From IMG/VR virus record IMGVR_UViG_3300032250_000235, positions 1 through 46,956 of that record: DNA of 46,956 bases. One strand, 5' to 3'. The position numbers and the translations under genes were made by a program. This DNA comes from a virus (Duplodnaviria > Caudoviricetes). Positions 35,174 to 45,558 of this stretch are shown here, piece after piece. Position 1 is the first letter of the stretch. Every line of letters starts with the position of its first letter. A model generated the notes under the pieces. It did no database searches. It saw nothing but the letters and a program-made list of their open reading frames with translations, and was not told the DNA's origin.

Positions 35174-36274
35174 TTATCCAAAAAACTTTTTAGCTGAGGC
35201 AATTATTGAATCTCCGCTAGGAATATTCTTAGGGAATATGCTACCAGCTATGCCGCCAACTGTGCTAACAATACCGCCGATAGCTGCCGGGCTGCTAATA
35301 ATTTGTCCTAGTTCTCTTGCAATACCGTCTTTACTTAGACCTTTGATATTATTGTAAGTATTAACTGATTTAATTGCGGTGCTAAGGAATCCAGCCGGAC
35401 TGTTATACAACGGACTATTACTGTTGGCAACATCTCCAAATATACTTTCTATACCTGCTAATGCTCCGCCTCCGCCAAATATTGTAGAGGTTCCGCCACC
35501 TTGCACACTTAGCGGGCTTGGGGTTACATCGTAGTGTAGAGTAGCGAATCCTTTAGGACTATTATTTTTAACAGTACCGGTACTATATTGCACTGACTCA
35601 TACTGAATCGACATTGTGCTTTCCATTGTGCCGCCGTCAGCATAATCAACAGTTCCGTGATTCCAGCTTTGTATCCTAGGATTAATTAGAGTATAACCGT
35701 TGAATCTACTACGACTCATAGTATAGATACTAATACTGTTAAAGAAATCAAAGCGTTTATCATTATCTAGTCCATAACGATAACTATCGTAAGCTGTACC
35801 TGCACGCCTATAATGTAAATCGTTATGGGCAATAGTAGGCAATTTGCGATCTTGTATATAGGCAGCATAATATATTGCCCACATTGAACTAACGATTCCG
35901 TTATTATCATCGTGTAAAGTAATATTAACTGGCTCGTAATTTATTGACTTGTATAACAATTTTTTTCTATTATACTGATTTTTTGAAACTGTTTCAAAGT
36001 TAAACTTTGGCAGGTCGGCAGTTTTGCAAAGTAACGCAACTTCTTGACTGTGCTTGTTGGTAAACGATGTGGCATTATGCGAGAGATTATTGATGTCAAA
36101 TACCACATAGTACAGAAACTTGTGCCTTGGAGCAAGTCTAAATGTATCATCAACAAATGTTCTAGAGGCATGTTGCCAATCGGCCATTATGCCTTTAGGT
36201 TTAGTAATGCCGCCAAGGAGGCCTTTACCAAAATTGCCGTCGCCTAATAGATATCGTGTAAACTTATTTGCCAT
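35174..36274 (-). CDS. Tail tube-like baseplate-tube junction protein (gp48/gp54-like)
   Basis: Tube-fold motifs LPKF, YEPVNITLHDD and IQYE, plus a Gly-rich C-terminus; adjacent to the tail tube gene. Confidence 0.65.
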   Translation of the reverse strand: MANKFTRYLLGDGNFGKGLLGGITKPKGIMADWQHASRTFVDDTFRLAPRHKFLYYVVFDINNLSHNATSFTNKHSQEVALLCKTADLPKFNFETVSKNQYNRKKLLYKSINYEPVNITLHDDNNGIVSSMWAIYYAAYIQDRKLPTIAHNDLHYRRAGTAYDSYRYGLDNDKRFDFFNSISIYTMSRSRFNGYTLINPRIQSWNHGTVDYADGGTMESTMSIQYESVQYSTGTVKNNSPKGFATLHYDVTPSPLSVQGGGTSTIFGGGGALAGIESIFGDVANSNSPLYNSPAGFLSTAIKSVNTYNNIKGLSKDGIARELGQIISSPAAIGGIVSTVGGIAGSIFPKNIPSGDSIIASAKKFFG

Positions 36275-36291
36275 ACAATTATTTATGCCAC

Positions 36292-36317
36292 AAAAAAGCC
36301 CGGTATAAAACCGGGCT
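36292..36317 (-). terminator. Rho-independent terminator after the tail tube gene
   Basis: AGCCCGGT-TTTAT-ACCGGGCT followed by TTTTT. Confidence 0.8.
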
Positions 36318-36335
36318 GTTTTGAATCAATTAAGA

Positions 36336-36965
36336 TTAAACTGCGCCTGGAGTTAATCCAGTAATAGCTTGAGTAGCTGCTTGACGACCAACTAGTGTAC
36401 CAACACCAACTGTACCAGCTTCGTGTAGGATGTTGTCGTATCTGATGCTTAATGCAACAGTAGCAACTTCGTTAGTTCCGTAGTTCAAATCACCGTAATC
36501 AGTGTTTTGTAGGAAGCAACCAAAGCACTCGAAAGTTTCAAGTACTTGTGGTCCTAGGGCACCGTTACCACCGTCTAGTACTTCAACACGAGTTGTGAAC
36601 TTGTAGTCAATACCAGAACGAGCACTTGCTTGCTCTAAGAAGTCGAATTGCTTCTGGATCTGTTGTCCAACTAGCTTGATAACATTGCCTGCTGCGTCAT
36701 CACGGACGTTTAGGGTCAACATTTCATGTGTTGGCTTACCGCTTAGATAGATCTTTGAGTTGTAAACAGGAACTTCGATCTCTTCAAAAGAGATTTTAGG
36801 TCTGCTTACATCAATGACCTGCTTGGTTAATTCTGTACTAGCCTGAGTACCGAAGCCAAGCAATGTCACTCTGAAGCGATACTTCAGTTTTGGCATCAAC
36901 ATACCAGTATTGGTACCAGGACCAGCTGGGTTGATCGAAAAGTTATTTAATGATGTAATTGGCAT
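36336..36965 (-). CDS. gp19: Tail tube protein (T4 gp19-like)
   Basis: PKLKYRFRV, SRPKI, YLSGK, RDD, GCF..YGDLNY and IRYD; directly follows the sheath. Confidence 0.85.
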   Translation of the reverse strand: MPITSLNNFSINPAGPGTNTGMLMPKLKYRFRVTLLGFGTQASTELTKQVIDVSRPKISFEEIEVPVYNSKIYLSGKPTHEMLTLNVRDDAAGNVIKLVGQQIQKQFDFLEQASARSGIDYKFTTRVEVLDGGNGALGPQVLETFECFGCFLQNTDYGDLNYGTNEVATVALSIRYDNILHEAGTVGVGTLVGRQAATQAITGLTPGAV

Positions 36966-36981
36966 TTCTTTGCTCCGTTAA

Positions 36982-39900
36982 TTAAATTTCACCAGTATTC
37001 TTGATACGAACTGGGATGTAGATGAATTCTACGGCCTTAACTGGCTCAATAGCAATATCAACATACAACTCATTACGATCAACTCTACTTGGTGTGTTAT
37101 TTGACTCATCACAAACTACTGCAAAGTCATATAGAGCTCTTAGACCAACTAGTTCTAATAACAAGCTCTCTACTGCGCCTTTGATTTCATCACGGGTGAT
37201 AGAATCGTTTGGTTCAAACACATATGGACGAGCTAGTTTTGTTAGCTGGCTTCTTAGATATACAACTAGACGAGCTACGTTGATTCTATCTAATGCGCTG
37301 GCATTTCTAGCACGGGTCTTCTGACCATAAGCAACCAAACCTACTCCAACAAAGAATGGAATTGGGTTAACTTTTAGATCATAAAGCACATCTCTTGTAC
37401 CTTCGTTCAATGCAACAGTCTGGAATTCACCGCTTAGTGCATCAATGTAACCTACGCTGGTTGCGTTAGTAATACCACCGCGTCTTGTACCTGCTGGAGC
37501 AAACCATGGGTAAGAAACTTGGTCGCTTAGTGCGTATGTCTTCAACATCATGTGTGATGCTGGAACAACTGCATTAGCACCGCCTAGGTCTGTGGTAAAT
37601 CCGTTTGGATAGTAAACTGCACAGTACTCGTCGTAACTAACAATACCGTCATCACCGTTGTCTGTTACTAGAGCAGCATTAGTACCCCAGTTCAACAAAC
37701 TTGTAGCATCGCTTGGTAGACGCAATGGTGTGTCACCGATAACGAACGCTGTTTGACCACGGTCAATGTTCAAGCTGATCAAATTCTGTAGTGTCTCTGG
37801 ATATCCAGGGGCAGCGATCAAATTGAAGTTTCTACGCTCTTCATCACGGATCTCTTGGCTTGTGTCAATAACTGACTTCATAGCCTGTACAACAACTTTA
37901 CGCTGTGCATGGCGACCAAAGCTACCAGAACCGTCTTCGTTGTTACCACTTTCTGTAGTCCAACGATCTGACCAGTAACCACTCATACTTTCACCGGAAA
38001 CAAACGCTGCACCGTTTAGTGTAGCAACACCAGTTCTTGCATTGTCTGCATTTAGATCAATGTAGCTGTTTTGATACTTCTTAACGTTACCACCACTACG
38101 GCGTAGGTTCCATAGCAACATACCCTTTGGATATAGTGCTGGATCTGGAGCATCTGGATCTAGGTAGTTGTTTGCTAATAGGTCAGCAATGGTGCTTGGT
38201 GTGCTTGATGCGCCACTAGTTGCCCAACGAGCATCGGCAAATAAAACACCTTGATCTGTAATTTGATCAGTCTTGTCAACTAATGCCCACTCTAGGTTCA
38301 AACCATCCCACTTGTAAATTGTTGGGAAGTTTTCCATGTCGGCTGTGCTGATCCACAAATCACCGTTAACTAGAGCTGTACCGTCGCTTTGACCATTAGC
38401 TGCTGCTGGAGCTGATGCACTTACAATTGGACCGCCTGGGCTTGTTTGTAGTGCTGCTGAAGCATTGTAGTAAGGGCTTGTTGAATGCTTGTAACCAACC
38501 CATGTACGACCATTGTGAATCATGATATCAACTTCAGCAAAGTTGTTGTTGTACCATAGTTGACCATCTGTTGGCTCGTTCAATGGAGCATCTGGACTTG
38601 CTGCAAAACCATTTGTGGCTTCGTCAGCTAGTGGACGCCAGTTAGTGACAATATAGTCTTCTGCTGCTTCTGTAGGAGCAGTGTAGAAGTTGGCCGTACC
38701 AGCTTCTGTAATCACATTGTATGGTGTAAACAATGATGCTACAGGATTTCCTGTGCCACCGGCGTCAGTTAAACGAATCTCACCACCTACTTTATGTGTT
38801 AAAGTGATTGTGTTATCTGCTGTAACTGCTGCTTCAATGTGATTTGTAACTGCATTACCAGCTGTGTCAGTCATTGAAATAGCATTAATAGCTGCTGCTA
38901 GTGTTTCAGCATCAGTTGTAGCACCTGCTGCTGTAAAGCTAACTGTAGTTGCTGCTGAAAGTGCTAGGCTACCTTTAATAGTTTGTTTGATAGTAAATGT
39001 TTTTGCGCCTGCTGCAAATGTACTTGGTGTAACTGCTGCAGATTCAACAACAGTAGCACCTGTAGTTGATCGTCTCCATACACGGAAACTTAACTCTTTG
39101 AAAGTTGTATCACGAGCATCTGGAGCTTCGTCTGTACCGTCGGCATAGCTGTATTGTTCTTCAGCGTTAGCTAGAACATAGATGCTGTCAGTAGGAATAT
39201 TTGTTCCGCCACCGCTACGATCTAGATAGTATAGTGAACTTGCACTTGTATCATAAATTGGAGCATCGTATGCTACCCATGCTTGTGTTGCTGAATTCCA
39301 ACGCTTAACTCTCCAACGAGCACCTTCGCCTGGCTCTGTGGTTTTCAACCATATGCTTCCAGTTGGCTTTGGCTCTGTATCGCTGCCTTTGAATTCTGGA
39401 ACAGTTGTATGAGGAGCAATAGACAATGTTGGGGGGAAGTACTCGCCTGCTTTAATACCAATGTCGCTGGCTGCTGCGGTTGCTGCAATAATATCGCCTG
39501 TACCAGCTGCTAGAACAATGCTACCTGAGCTTGTTGAGTCAGCCTGGCCTTCTGTTGCACCATTGCTGTAAAAGTAAATTTTATTGTTAACTAATTTAGC
39601 ATATACACCAGAACTGCCGCCCATTGCTGTATTAATATCGCTAACTAGGCTTGCTGGTGTTGTACCTGATGCAGTAATCAATGTGCCATTCAATGTGAAT
39701 GTATCACTTACTGACCAGTCTCCTGTACCTGTAACAGTCTTAGAAGTAACTGTTGGCCAGCTTGCTGCCCAAGCACCGCTTCCAACTTTAACCCATGTTC
39801 CTGCTGCTACTAGGCTACCGCTTTCGTTGTAGCCGCCGCCTGGGCTTTTGAAATAAATTCTTGCTAGTTCTTTTGATACAGAACCAGTTTCAAATACCAC

Positions 39901-40485
39901 AGCATAGTCACCGATAGATCCAACTGATCCTCTTGGTGCGTTGCTGGTAATTTTTGTTGTTGCATCGTCGTCTGTTAAAACGATCGGTTCTTTCATTGTG
40001 AAAGTCTGGCCACCAGTGGTGTCGCCTGCTGCGCCGTTCCACTCAAAAATACCATATGTTGTGCCGCGAGTATCAACCCACCATGCACCATCAGTTGGCT
40101 CTGCGCCTGGTTCTGTTGCTGTGCCTTCTAGTTCGTCTAGGTTAACATCGGCACGTACAATAAATGCACTAGCTGAAACACCTAAGTAGCTATAAGCTGC
40201 TAATAGACCGTATTCGTTACGCTCACTTCCGTGAATTGGTGTGTTACTAGGTGTCTTTTCAAAGAAAGGAACACCAAACAAATCGCCAACATCTTTCTGA
40301 CTTGTTAATCTAAATGCTTTTCCAGCATTTGCTTTTGTTGTCGCAGTAGCAGTGCCTGTGCCTGCTCCATTGCTTTTATCCTGTGCTGTGGCTACAACAA
40401 TAAGAGGAGTAGTACCAGGTTCAGCTGGTGTATAAAAGCTCTCATCAATTATCGTAACTTGTACGCCTGGGGAAACTAGTGCCAT
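36982..40485 (-). CDS. gp18: Contractile tail sheath protein (T4 gp18-like), enlarged
   Basis: MALVSPGVQV..IDES N-terminus; PWFAPAG.RRG, DRINVARL, FEPND and EFIYIP C-terminus. Start at 40485 with AGGAG RBS (track gives 40515). Confidence 0.93.
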   Translation of the reverse strand: MALVSPGVQVTIIDESFYTPAEPGTTPLIVVATAQDKSNGAGTGTATATTKANAGKAFRLTSQKDVGDLFGVPFFEKTPSNTPIHGSERNEYGLLAAYSYLGVSASAFIVRADVNLDELEGTATEPGAEPTDGAWWVDTRGTTYGIFEWNGAAGDTTGGQTFTMKEPIVLTDDDATTKITSNAPRGSVGSIGDYAVVFETGSVSKELARIYFKSPGGGYNESGSLVAAGTWVKVGSGAWAASWPTVTSKTVTGTGDWSVSDTFTLNGTLITASGTTPASLVSDINTAMGGSSGVYAKLVNNKIYFYSNGATEGQADSTSSGSIVLAAGTGDIIAATAAASDIGIKAGEYFPPTLSIAPHTTVPEFKGSDTEPKPTGSIWLKTTEPGEGARWRVKRWNSATQAWVAYDAPIYDTSASSLYYLDRSGGGTNIPTDSIYVLANAEEQYSYADGTDEAPDARDTTFKELSFRVWRRSTTGATVVESAAVTPSTFAAGAKTFTIKQTIKGSLALSAATTVSFTAAGATTDAETLAAAINAISMTDTAGNAVTNHIEAAVTADNTITLTHKVGGEIRLTDAGGTGNPVASLFTPYNVITEAGTANFYTAPTEAAEDYIVTNWRPLADEATNGFAASPDAPLNEPTDGQLWYNNNFAEVDIMIHNGRTWVGYKHSTSPYYNASAALQTSPGGPIVSASAPAAANGQSDGTALVNGDLWISTADMENFPTIYKWDGLNLEWALVDKTDQITDQGVLFADARWATSGASSTPSTIADLLANNYLDPDAPDPALYPKGMLLWNLRRSGGNVKKYQNSYIDLNADNARTGVATLNGAAFVSGESMSGYWSDRWTTESGNNEDGSGSFGRHAQRKVVVQAMKSVIDTSQEIRDEERRNFNLIAAPGYPETLQNLISLNIDRGQTAFVIGDTPLRLPSDATSLLNWGTNAALVTDNGDDGIVSYDEYCAVYYPNGFTTDLGGANAVVPASHMMLKTYALSDQVSYPWFAPAGTRRGGITNATSVGYIDALSGEFQTVALNEGTRDVLYDLKVNPIPFFVGVGLVAYGQKTRARNASALDRINVARLVVYLRSQLTKLARPYVFEPNDSITRDEIKGAVESLLLELVGLRALYDFAVVCDESNNTPSRVDRNELYVDIAIEPVKAVEFIYIPVRIKNTGEI

Positions 40486-40590
40486 ATCGTTATCTCCTGA
40501 GTTTAGTTCTCTCATAATATTTAGCGTACTCTAGGAAAAATGGGCACTTATAGCATATCGAAAAGGGGCGAAAAAGGTGTAAATATCTGT

Positions 40591-40926
40591 ATGAGACCTT
40601 TATGTAAATGCGGTTCTAGGCCCCGTGCGATTAATTACAAGAAGAATGGTAGAGTTTACTACCGAAGTCTCTGTGAAATATGTATGGCTCACGGAGTTAA
40701 TCATGGGATACCCCGCTGGTTTAGAGCAGGGTATAGGATGAAACTACAATGTGATCGATGCGGTTTTAAATCACTTCATAAAGAACCTTTTAGAGTTTTT
40801 CATGTGGACGGCAATCTTGATAATTGCCGCCCGGCTAATTTAAAAACAGTTTGCGCAAATTGTGCTCAAGTCTTAGCCAAGGAAGGAGTCAACTGGAAGC
40901 AGGGTGACCTCGTCGCTGACTATTGA
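40591..40926 (+). CDS. Zn-finger / HNH-like small protein
   Basis: CKC..CEIC, CDRCG and HVDGNLDNCRPANLKTVCANC; GTAAATA-N5-ATG(40591). Confidence 0.7.
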   Translation: MRPLCKCGSRPRAINYKKNGRVYYRSLCEICMAHGVNHGIPRWFRAGYRMKLQCDRCGFKSLHKEPFRVFHVDGNLDNCRPANLKTVCANCAQVLAKEGVNWKQGDLVADY

Positions 40927-41526
40927 TTTTGCCTGTTTGTATAAATCATCAATTGTGCTGTTATTGTCAATGATAGAGTCAAACTGTGTTCCAACCCAAG
41001 CTGTTTCGCTAGCATGAATTTTACGCATTTTAAGTTCTTGTACTGCGTAGTTATGTCCTAGGTTAGCTTTGATTGCAGTGTCGTACCAATCAGGCAAGTC
41101 GCCTCTTTGCACCCAAACAATTTTTCCGCCTGCATCGCGGATGCTTTGAATCTCATTAGGAAAACGACAATCACTAATAACCACATTATCTTTACTGGTT
41201 CGTAGTTTGTTTTCTAAGCTGGCGATCCATATGTCATCGTGAAATCCCTTCCGGCATACTTCTGTGCCCCAGTATTGTAGTACCCATCTAGGAGTTAGTG
41301 TAGGCATGTCCAGTCTAGCTGCCCACCACGGATCAACTTGTTCTCGCCACTCTCGAGCTTCTTTTGTACGCCCTTCCAACATAGTTCTGTCCCAACCAAA
41401 CACTGCGGCTACTGCATCTTTAAGTGTGTTGGCAAAACTTTCGCGTCTAAATTCGTGGAAGTTAACAAGGTAATCGGCAACTGTATCTTTTCCGCTGCCG
41501 ATAAATCCGCATATTCCTATAATCAT
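40873..41526 (-). CDS. Deoxynucleoside monophosphate kinase (T4 gp1-like)
   Basis: GICGFIGSGKDT, SFA..LK, TPRWVLQYWGTEVCR, ISDCRFPNE and HASE. Confidence 0.9.
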   Translation of the reverse strand: MIIGICGFIGSGKDTVADYLVNFHEFRRESFANTLKDAVAAVFGWDRTMLEGRTKEAREWREQVDPWWAARLDMPTLTPRWVLQYWGTEVCRKGFHDDIWIASLENKLRTSKDNVVISDCRFPNEIQSIRDAGGKIVWVQRGDLPDWYDTAIKANLGHNYAVQELKMRKIHASETAWVGTQFDSIIDNNSTIDDLYKQAKSIVSDEVTLLPVDSFLG

Positions 41527-41545
41527 AATTGTCTCCTATAAGACA

Positions 41546-41574
41546 AGTATACTATAGAATAATTACAAGGTCAA
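41546..41574 (-). promoter_or_regulatory. Sigma70-type promoter for the dNMP kinase
   Basis: TTGACC-N17-TATACT followed by an AGGAG RBS. Confidence 0.7.
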
Positions 41575-41580
41575 ATCAGT

Positions 41581-42339
41581 TTAACCAATTATAAAACTGT
41601 AACCAGAACCGCCTGATACTAGAGTTTCTAGTTCTTTGGTTAGTCGATCTAAATCAGTCTGTGCTTCTGCTTTCATTGCGGCACCGTTTAGGCTGCTTCC
41701 GCCTTGTGGACCGGCAATTTGTGCAAACTTCTCGCGAGCTTGTCCAAGCATCATTTTGCAGTTAGCTAGACTGTAATCTTTGATCCACTGTCCAGCATAG
41801 GTATCGTTGATAATTGCAAAGTCTGGGCGGGTGTTGTATACCCACAACATTACTTCTTCTTCACCACGGGGGCGTTGTTGAATACTCAATTTGCGATGAG
41901 TTGGGTTCCATGTAAAATTAATAAAACTACCAAACATTTTACCAACAAGCTCTTGATACTGACTGAATAACTCGTAAGTTAGCAATCCGCCCATGTTAGT
42001 TGAACTTAACAAATAGGTATTTGTATAGGCCATGTTGAACGGCTCAAACACTGTACCTCCCGATCCATTACCACTGCGTGATCCAACGCTTCTACGAAAA
42101 ATCTGTCGAACCTGCTGTATTTCTTTTGGTAGAATATAGTCGTTGGTGTCAGGCAACAGGGTCATAAACGCATAGCTTTCTTCTACTGAGTTATCGCTTC
42201 GTTGACGGAAAACTGCTAGGCTACGAGCTAAGGCAATTTCGTAGTGCTGTGGGTCTAGTTCAATGTCAATCATGCCTTCGCCCAGCATGAGTTTACAGTA
42301 ATCGTATACTTCTTTTTTGGCTTGATCTATTTGGTTCAT
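41581..42339 (-). CDS. gp13: Neck protein (T4 gp13-like)
   Basis: LG...IDIEL, WIKDY..A..K..LGQAREKF, GPQGG.SLNG and a terminal IIG. Confidence 0.85.
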   Translation of the reverse strand: MNQIDQAKKEVYDYCKLMLGEGMIDIELDPQHYEIALARSLAVFRQRSDNSVEESYAFMTLLPDTNDYILPKEIQQVRQIFRRSVGSRSGNGSGGTVFEPFNMAYTNTYLLSSTNMGGLLTYELFSQYQELVGKMFGSFINFTWNPTHRKLSIQQRPRGEEEVMLWVYNTRPDFAIINDTYAGQWIKDYSLANCKMMLGQAREKFAQIAGPQGGSSLNGAAMKAEAQTDLDRLTKELETLVSGGSGYSFIIG

Positions 42340-42344
42340 ACAAC

Positions 42345-42365
42345 TATTTATTACAACGGTAAATA
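42345..42365. promoter_or_regulatory. Back-to-back divergent late promoters for gp13 and gp14
   Basis: TAAATA (-, 42345-42350)-N5-ATG 42339 and TAAATA (+, 42360-42365)-N7-ATG 42373. Confidence 0.6.
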
Positions 42366-42372
42366 TACTACT

Positions 42373-43653
42373 ATGCCAAGACTCAGCTTATACCGCCCAG
42401 AAAAGGGCAACGATTACAAATTCATTGATAAAACCGTTTGGGAAATGTTCCAAGTTGGCGGTACTGATGTGCTGGTTCACAAATATATTGGGCCCGGAGC
42501 AGCTACACAAGGCGATACGCCCAGTACTCCAAATTACGGAGATTCTAACGAAACGCAAATCCAAGACCTGTTGTTTTTAGAAAACAGAGATCGAAGGTAC
42601 GATCCAGACATTTATCTGTTGCGTGGAGTTTACAATCTAGCAGACATCGATTTTAATCTAAGTCAATTTGGCTTGTTTTTACAAAACGACACAATCTTTA
42701 TGACCTTCCACATCAACGATACGGTGGAAAAAATAGGTCGTAAGATTATGGCAGGCGATGTTATTGAACTACCACACCTAAAAGATGAACACGCCCTAAA
42801 CAATTTACAATTTGCTCTCAAACGATTCTATGTTGTTGAAGAAGTTAACAGAGCAGCTGAAGGTTTTTCAGTCACTTGGTATCCGCATCTATATCGTGCA
42901 AAATGCAAACCTCTAGTAGACAGTCAAGAATTTAAACAGATACTTGACGGAGTAGCCGAAGAAGGCAGTAATACCACACTGCGCGACATCATGTCGACTT
43001 ATGAAAAAGAAATGCAGATTACTGCGGCTGTTCTTGATCAAGCAGAAGCAGATGCACCTAAGAGCGGATTTGATACTACACAATTTTATCACCTACAAAA
43101 AGGTCCTGATGGTAATCCTCAATTGATCAGCGCAGACTTAGAATCTACATTTATTACTAACGATCAACCTCAGGCTACAGATGAAAATGGTGTTCCACTG
43201 TTTGACGCAGAAGGCAATCCTATATACGCTGGGGTTACTGCTGATCAAACTTATAGAACTATCGAGCGCGGCGGTTACGGAGAGATTCACGGCAATACAG
43301 ATACTTGGTTAGCTGATGCAATTCCGGCCAATGGTGCTAGATTCACCGCAGGCATTGCATTTCCAACAACACCGCAAGAAGGACAATTCTGTTTACGAAC
43401 AGACTATTTGCCCACTCGCTTGTTTAGATACAGCGGTAAACGATGGATCAAGATTGAGGACAATGTAAGAATGACTATGAACAATCTAGGTGCTAGTGAT
43501 GTTGGCACAGGTGACAGATTTGTTGGTAAAGATATTAGACAAACTCAGAAAGCAGACTTTGTCAATAATACAAAAACTACCACCATCAATGGTAAGACAG
43601 TTAAAGAGCGCCAGAGCTTATCAAAAGCTCTTAGACCAGAGGCAGACGAATAA
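42373..43653 (+). CDS. gp14: Neck protein (T4 gp14-like) with C-terminal extension
   Basis: MPRLSLY, LFLENRDR.YD, LSQFGL, GDVIELP; located between gp13 and gp15; start at ATG 42373 (track gives 42322). Confidence 0.75.
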   Translation: MPRLSLYRPEKGNDYKFIDKTVWEMFQVGGTDVLVHKYIGPGAATQGDTPSTPNYGDSNETQIQDLLFLENRDRRYDPDIYLLRGVYNLADIDFNLSQFGLFLQNDTIFMTFHINDTVEKIGRKIMAGDVIELPHLKDEHALNNLQFALKRFYVVEEVNRAAEGFSVTWYPHLYRAKCKPLVDSQEFKQILDGVAEEGSNTTLRDIMSTYEKEMQITAAVLDQAEADAPKSGFDTTQFYHLQKGPDGNPQLISADLESTFITNDQPQATDENGVPLFDAEGNPIYAGVTADQTYRTIERGGYGEIHGNTDTWLADAIPANGARFTAGIAFPTTPQEGQFCLRTDYLPTRLFRYSGKRWIKIEDNVRMTMNNLGASDVGTGDRFVGKDIRQTQKADFVNNTKTTTINGKTVKERQSLSKALRPEADE

Positions 43654-45548
43654 TGGATTTCTTTTATGATGGACAGATACGCCGGTATGTAACACAGTTC
43701 ATGCGGGTGTTTATTGGATTTAAATATCAAGCAGGCGACGGGGAAGAACGACTTGTGCCTGTTATGTACGGAGATTTAACTAGACAGGTAGCTGGTATTA
43801 TCAAAGATAACAGTGAAAATAAAATGCCTACCGTTCCACGCATTGCTTGTTATATCACTGGATTAGAATTAGATACCAGTAGACTAGCCGATAGCACATT
43901 TGTCAGCAAGGTAAATGTGCGAGAGCGTACCTATGAAGATGTTGCAGGTCAACGAGTGTATGGTAATGAACAAGGTGCAGGATATACTGTTGAAAGACTA
44001 ATGCCAACTCCGTTTAAACTGCGAGTTAAAGCAGATGTATGGACATCAAATACAGATCAAAAGCTGCAATTGCTTGAGCAAATGTTAATTTTGTTTAATC
44101 CCAGCCTTGAAGTTCAAACCACAGACAATTATGTTGACTGGACCAGTCTTAGTGTTATCTATCTTACCAGTACCAATTTTAGTTCTAGATCAATACCGCA
44201 AGGTGCAGAGTCAGATATAGATATTGCCAGTTTAGAATTTGAAATGCCTATCTATATCAGCCCTCCGACTAAAGTCAAGAAGCTGGGTGTTGTCCGTGCA
44301 GTTATCAACAACATGTTTACCAATACAGGTGATGCAGTTAATATCAACAACCTAATCTATAACGAAGGTGACATAGTAACTACCACAGAATACAAACGAT
44401 ACGGTATTGTCATGTTAAAAGCAGATAACGGAGTTGCTGGAGATTACAATATTAGTATTGTAGATGTTGGACAAGCTGTTCTCGATGCTGGACTAGACTT
44501 GCCGCCTGAGAAAATTGGCAAGAAATTAGATTGGCAATTGGTATTAGATCAATATGGCGGGTACAAAGAAGGTGTTAGTCGAATTACATTTAAACAGCCC
44601 AACGGCGGAGAGCTGGTTGGCACTATTGCGGTCAATCCTGTAGATCCTACCCTGTTGGTTGTGTCAATGGATATGGACACTGTCCCCGGTAATACATTAA
44701 TAACTGAAGGTAGATATCCCGATAACACCATTTATACCAGTGTAAGGTCGGCAAGCAAAGGCACAATTGACGCTATCATTAATCCCTATAACTTCAACCC
44801 GTTGACTACTTACGGAACAAAAGCAAATTATCCAGTGGGTCTAAGATATCTAATGTTAGATGATTTAAACATGTTCCTTGCGCCAACGCAGGCAGCTAGT
44901 ATTACAACAAATATTATCGATACTGATATTGATCATTACAGAATTGTTAGACCTGACCAAAAACAAAAAGCCAGTGCTAGTAACTTGCCAAGGTCCTACA
45001 GCAACATATATCAGACCAAGGTCTATGTTAACGGTGTTGAAGTAGGATTTACAGAAGTTGAAGATGGAGGTGTATTTGAAACCTTTGGTCCTACTGGTAA
45101 CCCTGGGCCTAGTTATAGAACAGTATCGGGCAAATATAAGATTCGATTAAATGAATTTCCTCCATTAGAAGACGGCAACGGAAATGCCAGCGTTATAAAG
45201 TACACCATAGAAAAATATACCTATCCTGATTGGTATACTGAAGGTGACGATCCGGATACACTATTGGTTGAGACTGATGTCTACTTACCAGGTAAACCAG
45301 AGCGCAGTTCAGGCCCAACTGCTTGGAAAAATCTAGACGAGTCGGATGTATTCATCAAGGCCAACAGCATTATTGAGTGGAATGGTAGTCGTTGGGTCAG
45401 CGTCTTTGATCCAGAAGAAGTTGCGACCAATGTCTACATTACTAACTTAAGAACTGGCATACAATACAAATGGGACGGAGTGCAATGGTTAAAATCCTTT
45501 GAAGGCGAGTACCTGCCAGGATCTTGGAGATTAACCTTAAATCCTTAA
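43653..45548 (+). CDS. gp15: Tail terminator / sheath stabiliser (T4 gp15-like) with long C-terminal extension
   Basis: FFYDGQIRRY..QF..F, VPVMYG, PRI, PTPF and QLLEQMLILFNP. Confidence 0.8.
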   Translation: MDFFYDGQIRRYVTQFMRVFIGFKYQAGDGEERLVPVMYGDLTRQVAGIIKDNSENKMPTVPRIACYITGLELDTSRLADSTFVSKVNVRERTYEDVAGQRVYGNEQGAGYTVERLMPTPFKLRVKADVWTSNTDQKLQLLEQMLILFNPSLEVQTTDNYVDWTSLSVIYLTSTNFSSRSIPQGAESDIDIASLEFEMPIYISPPTKVKKLGVVRAVINNMFTNTGDAVNINNLIYNEGDIVTTTEYKRYGIVMLKADNGVAGDYNISIVDVGQAVLDAGLDLPPEKIGKKLDWQLVLDQYGGYKEGVSRITFKQPNGGELVGTIAVNPVDPTLLVVSMDMDTVPGNTLITEGRYPDNTIYTSVRSASKGTIDAIINPYNFNPLTTYGTKANYPVGLRYLMLDDLNMFLAPTQAASITTNIIDTDIDHYRIVRPDQKQKASASNLPRSYSNIYQTKVYVNGVEVGFTEVEDGGVFETFGPTGNPGPSYRTVSGKYKIRLNEFPPLEDGNGNASVIKYTIEKYTYPDWYTEGDDPDTLLVETDVYLPGKPERSSGPTAWKNLDESDVFIKANSIIEWNGSRWVSVFDPEEVATNVYITNLRTGIQYKWDGVQWLKSFEGEYLPGSWRLTLNP

Positions 45549-45558
45549 TAAGTATTGA

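Noticed and set aside
460-44731. Numerous short ORFs in the track lying antisense or out of frame within long genes (e.g. 460..645, 1344..1897, 12195..12563, 26473..26781, 34974..35357, 37022..40189)
   Set aside because: They lie within or almost entirely overlap genes with recognisable motifs, lack RBS or promoter support, and read as shadow translations.
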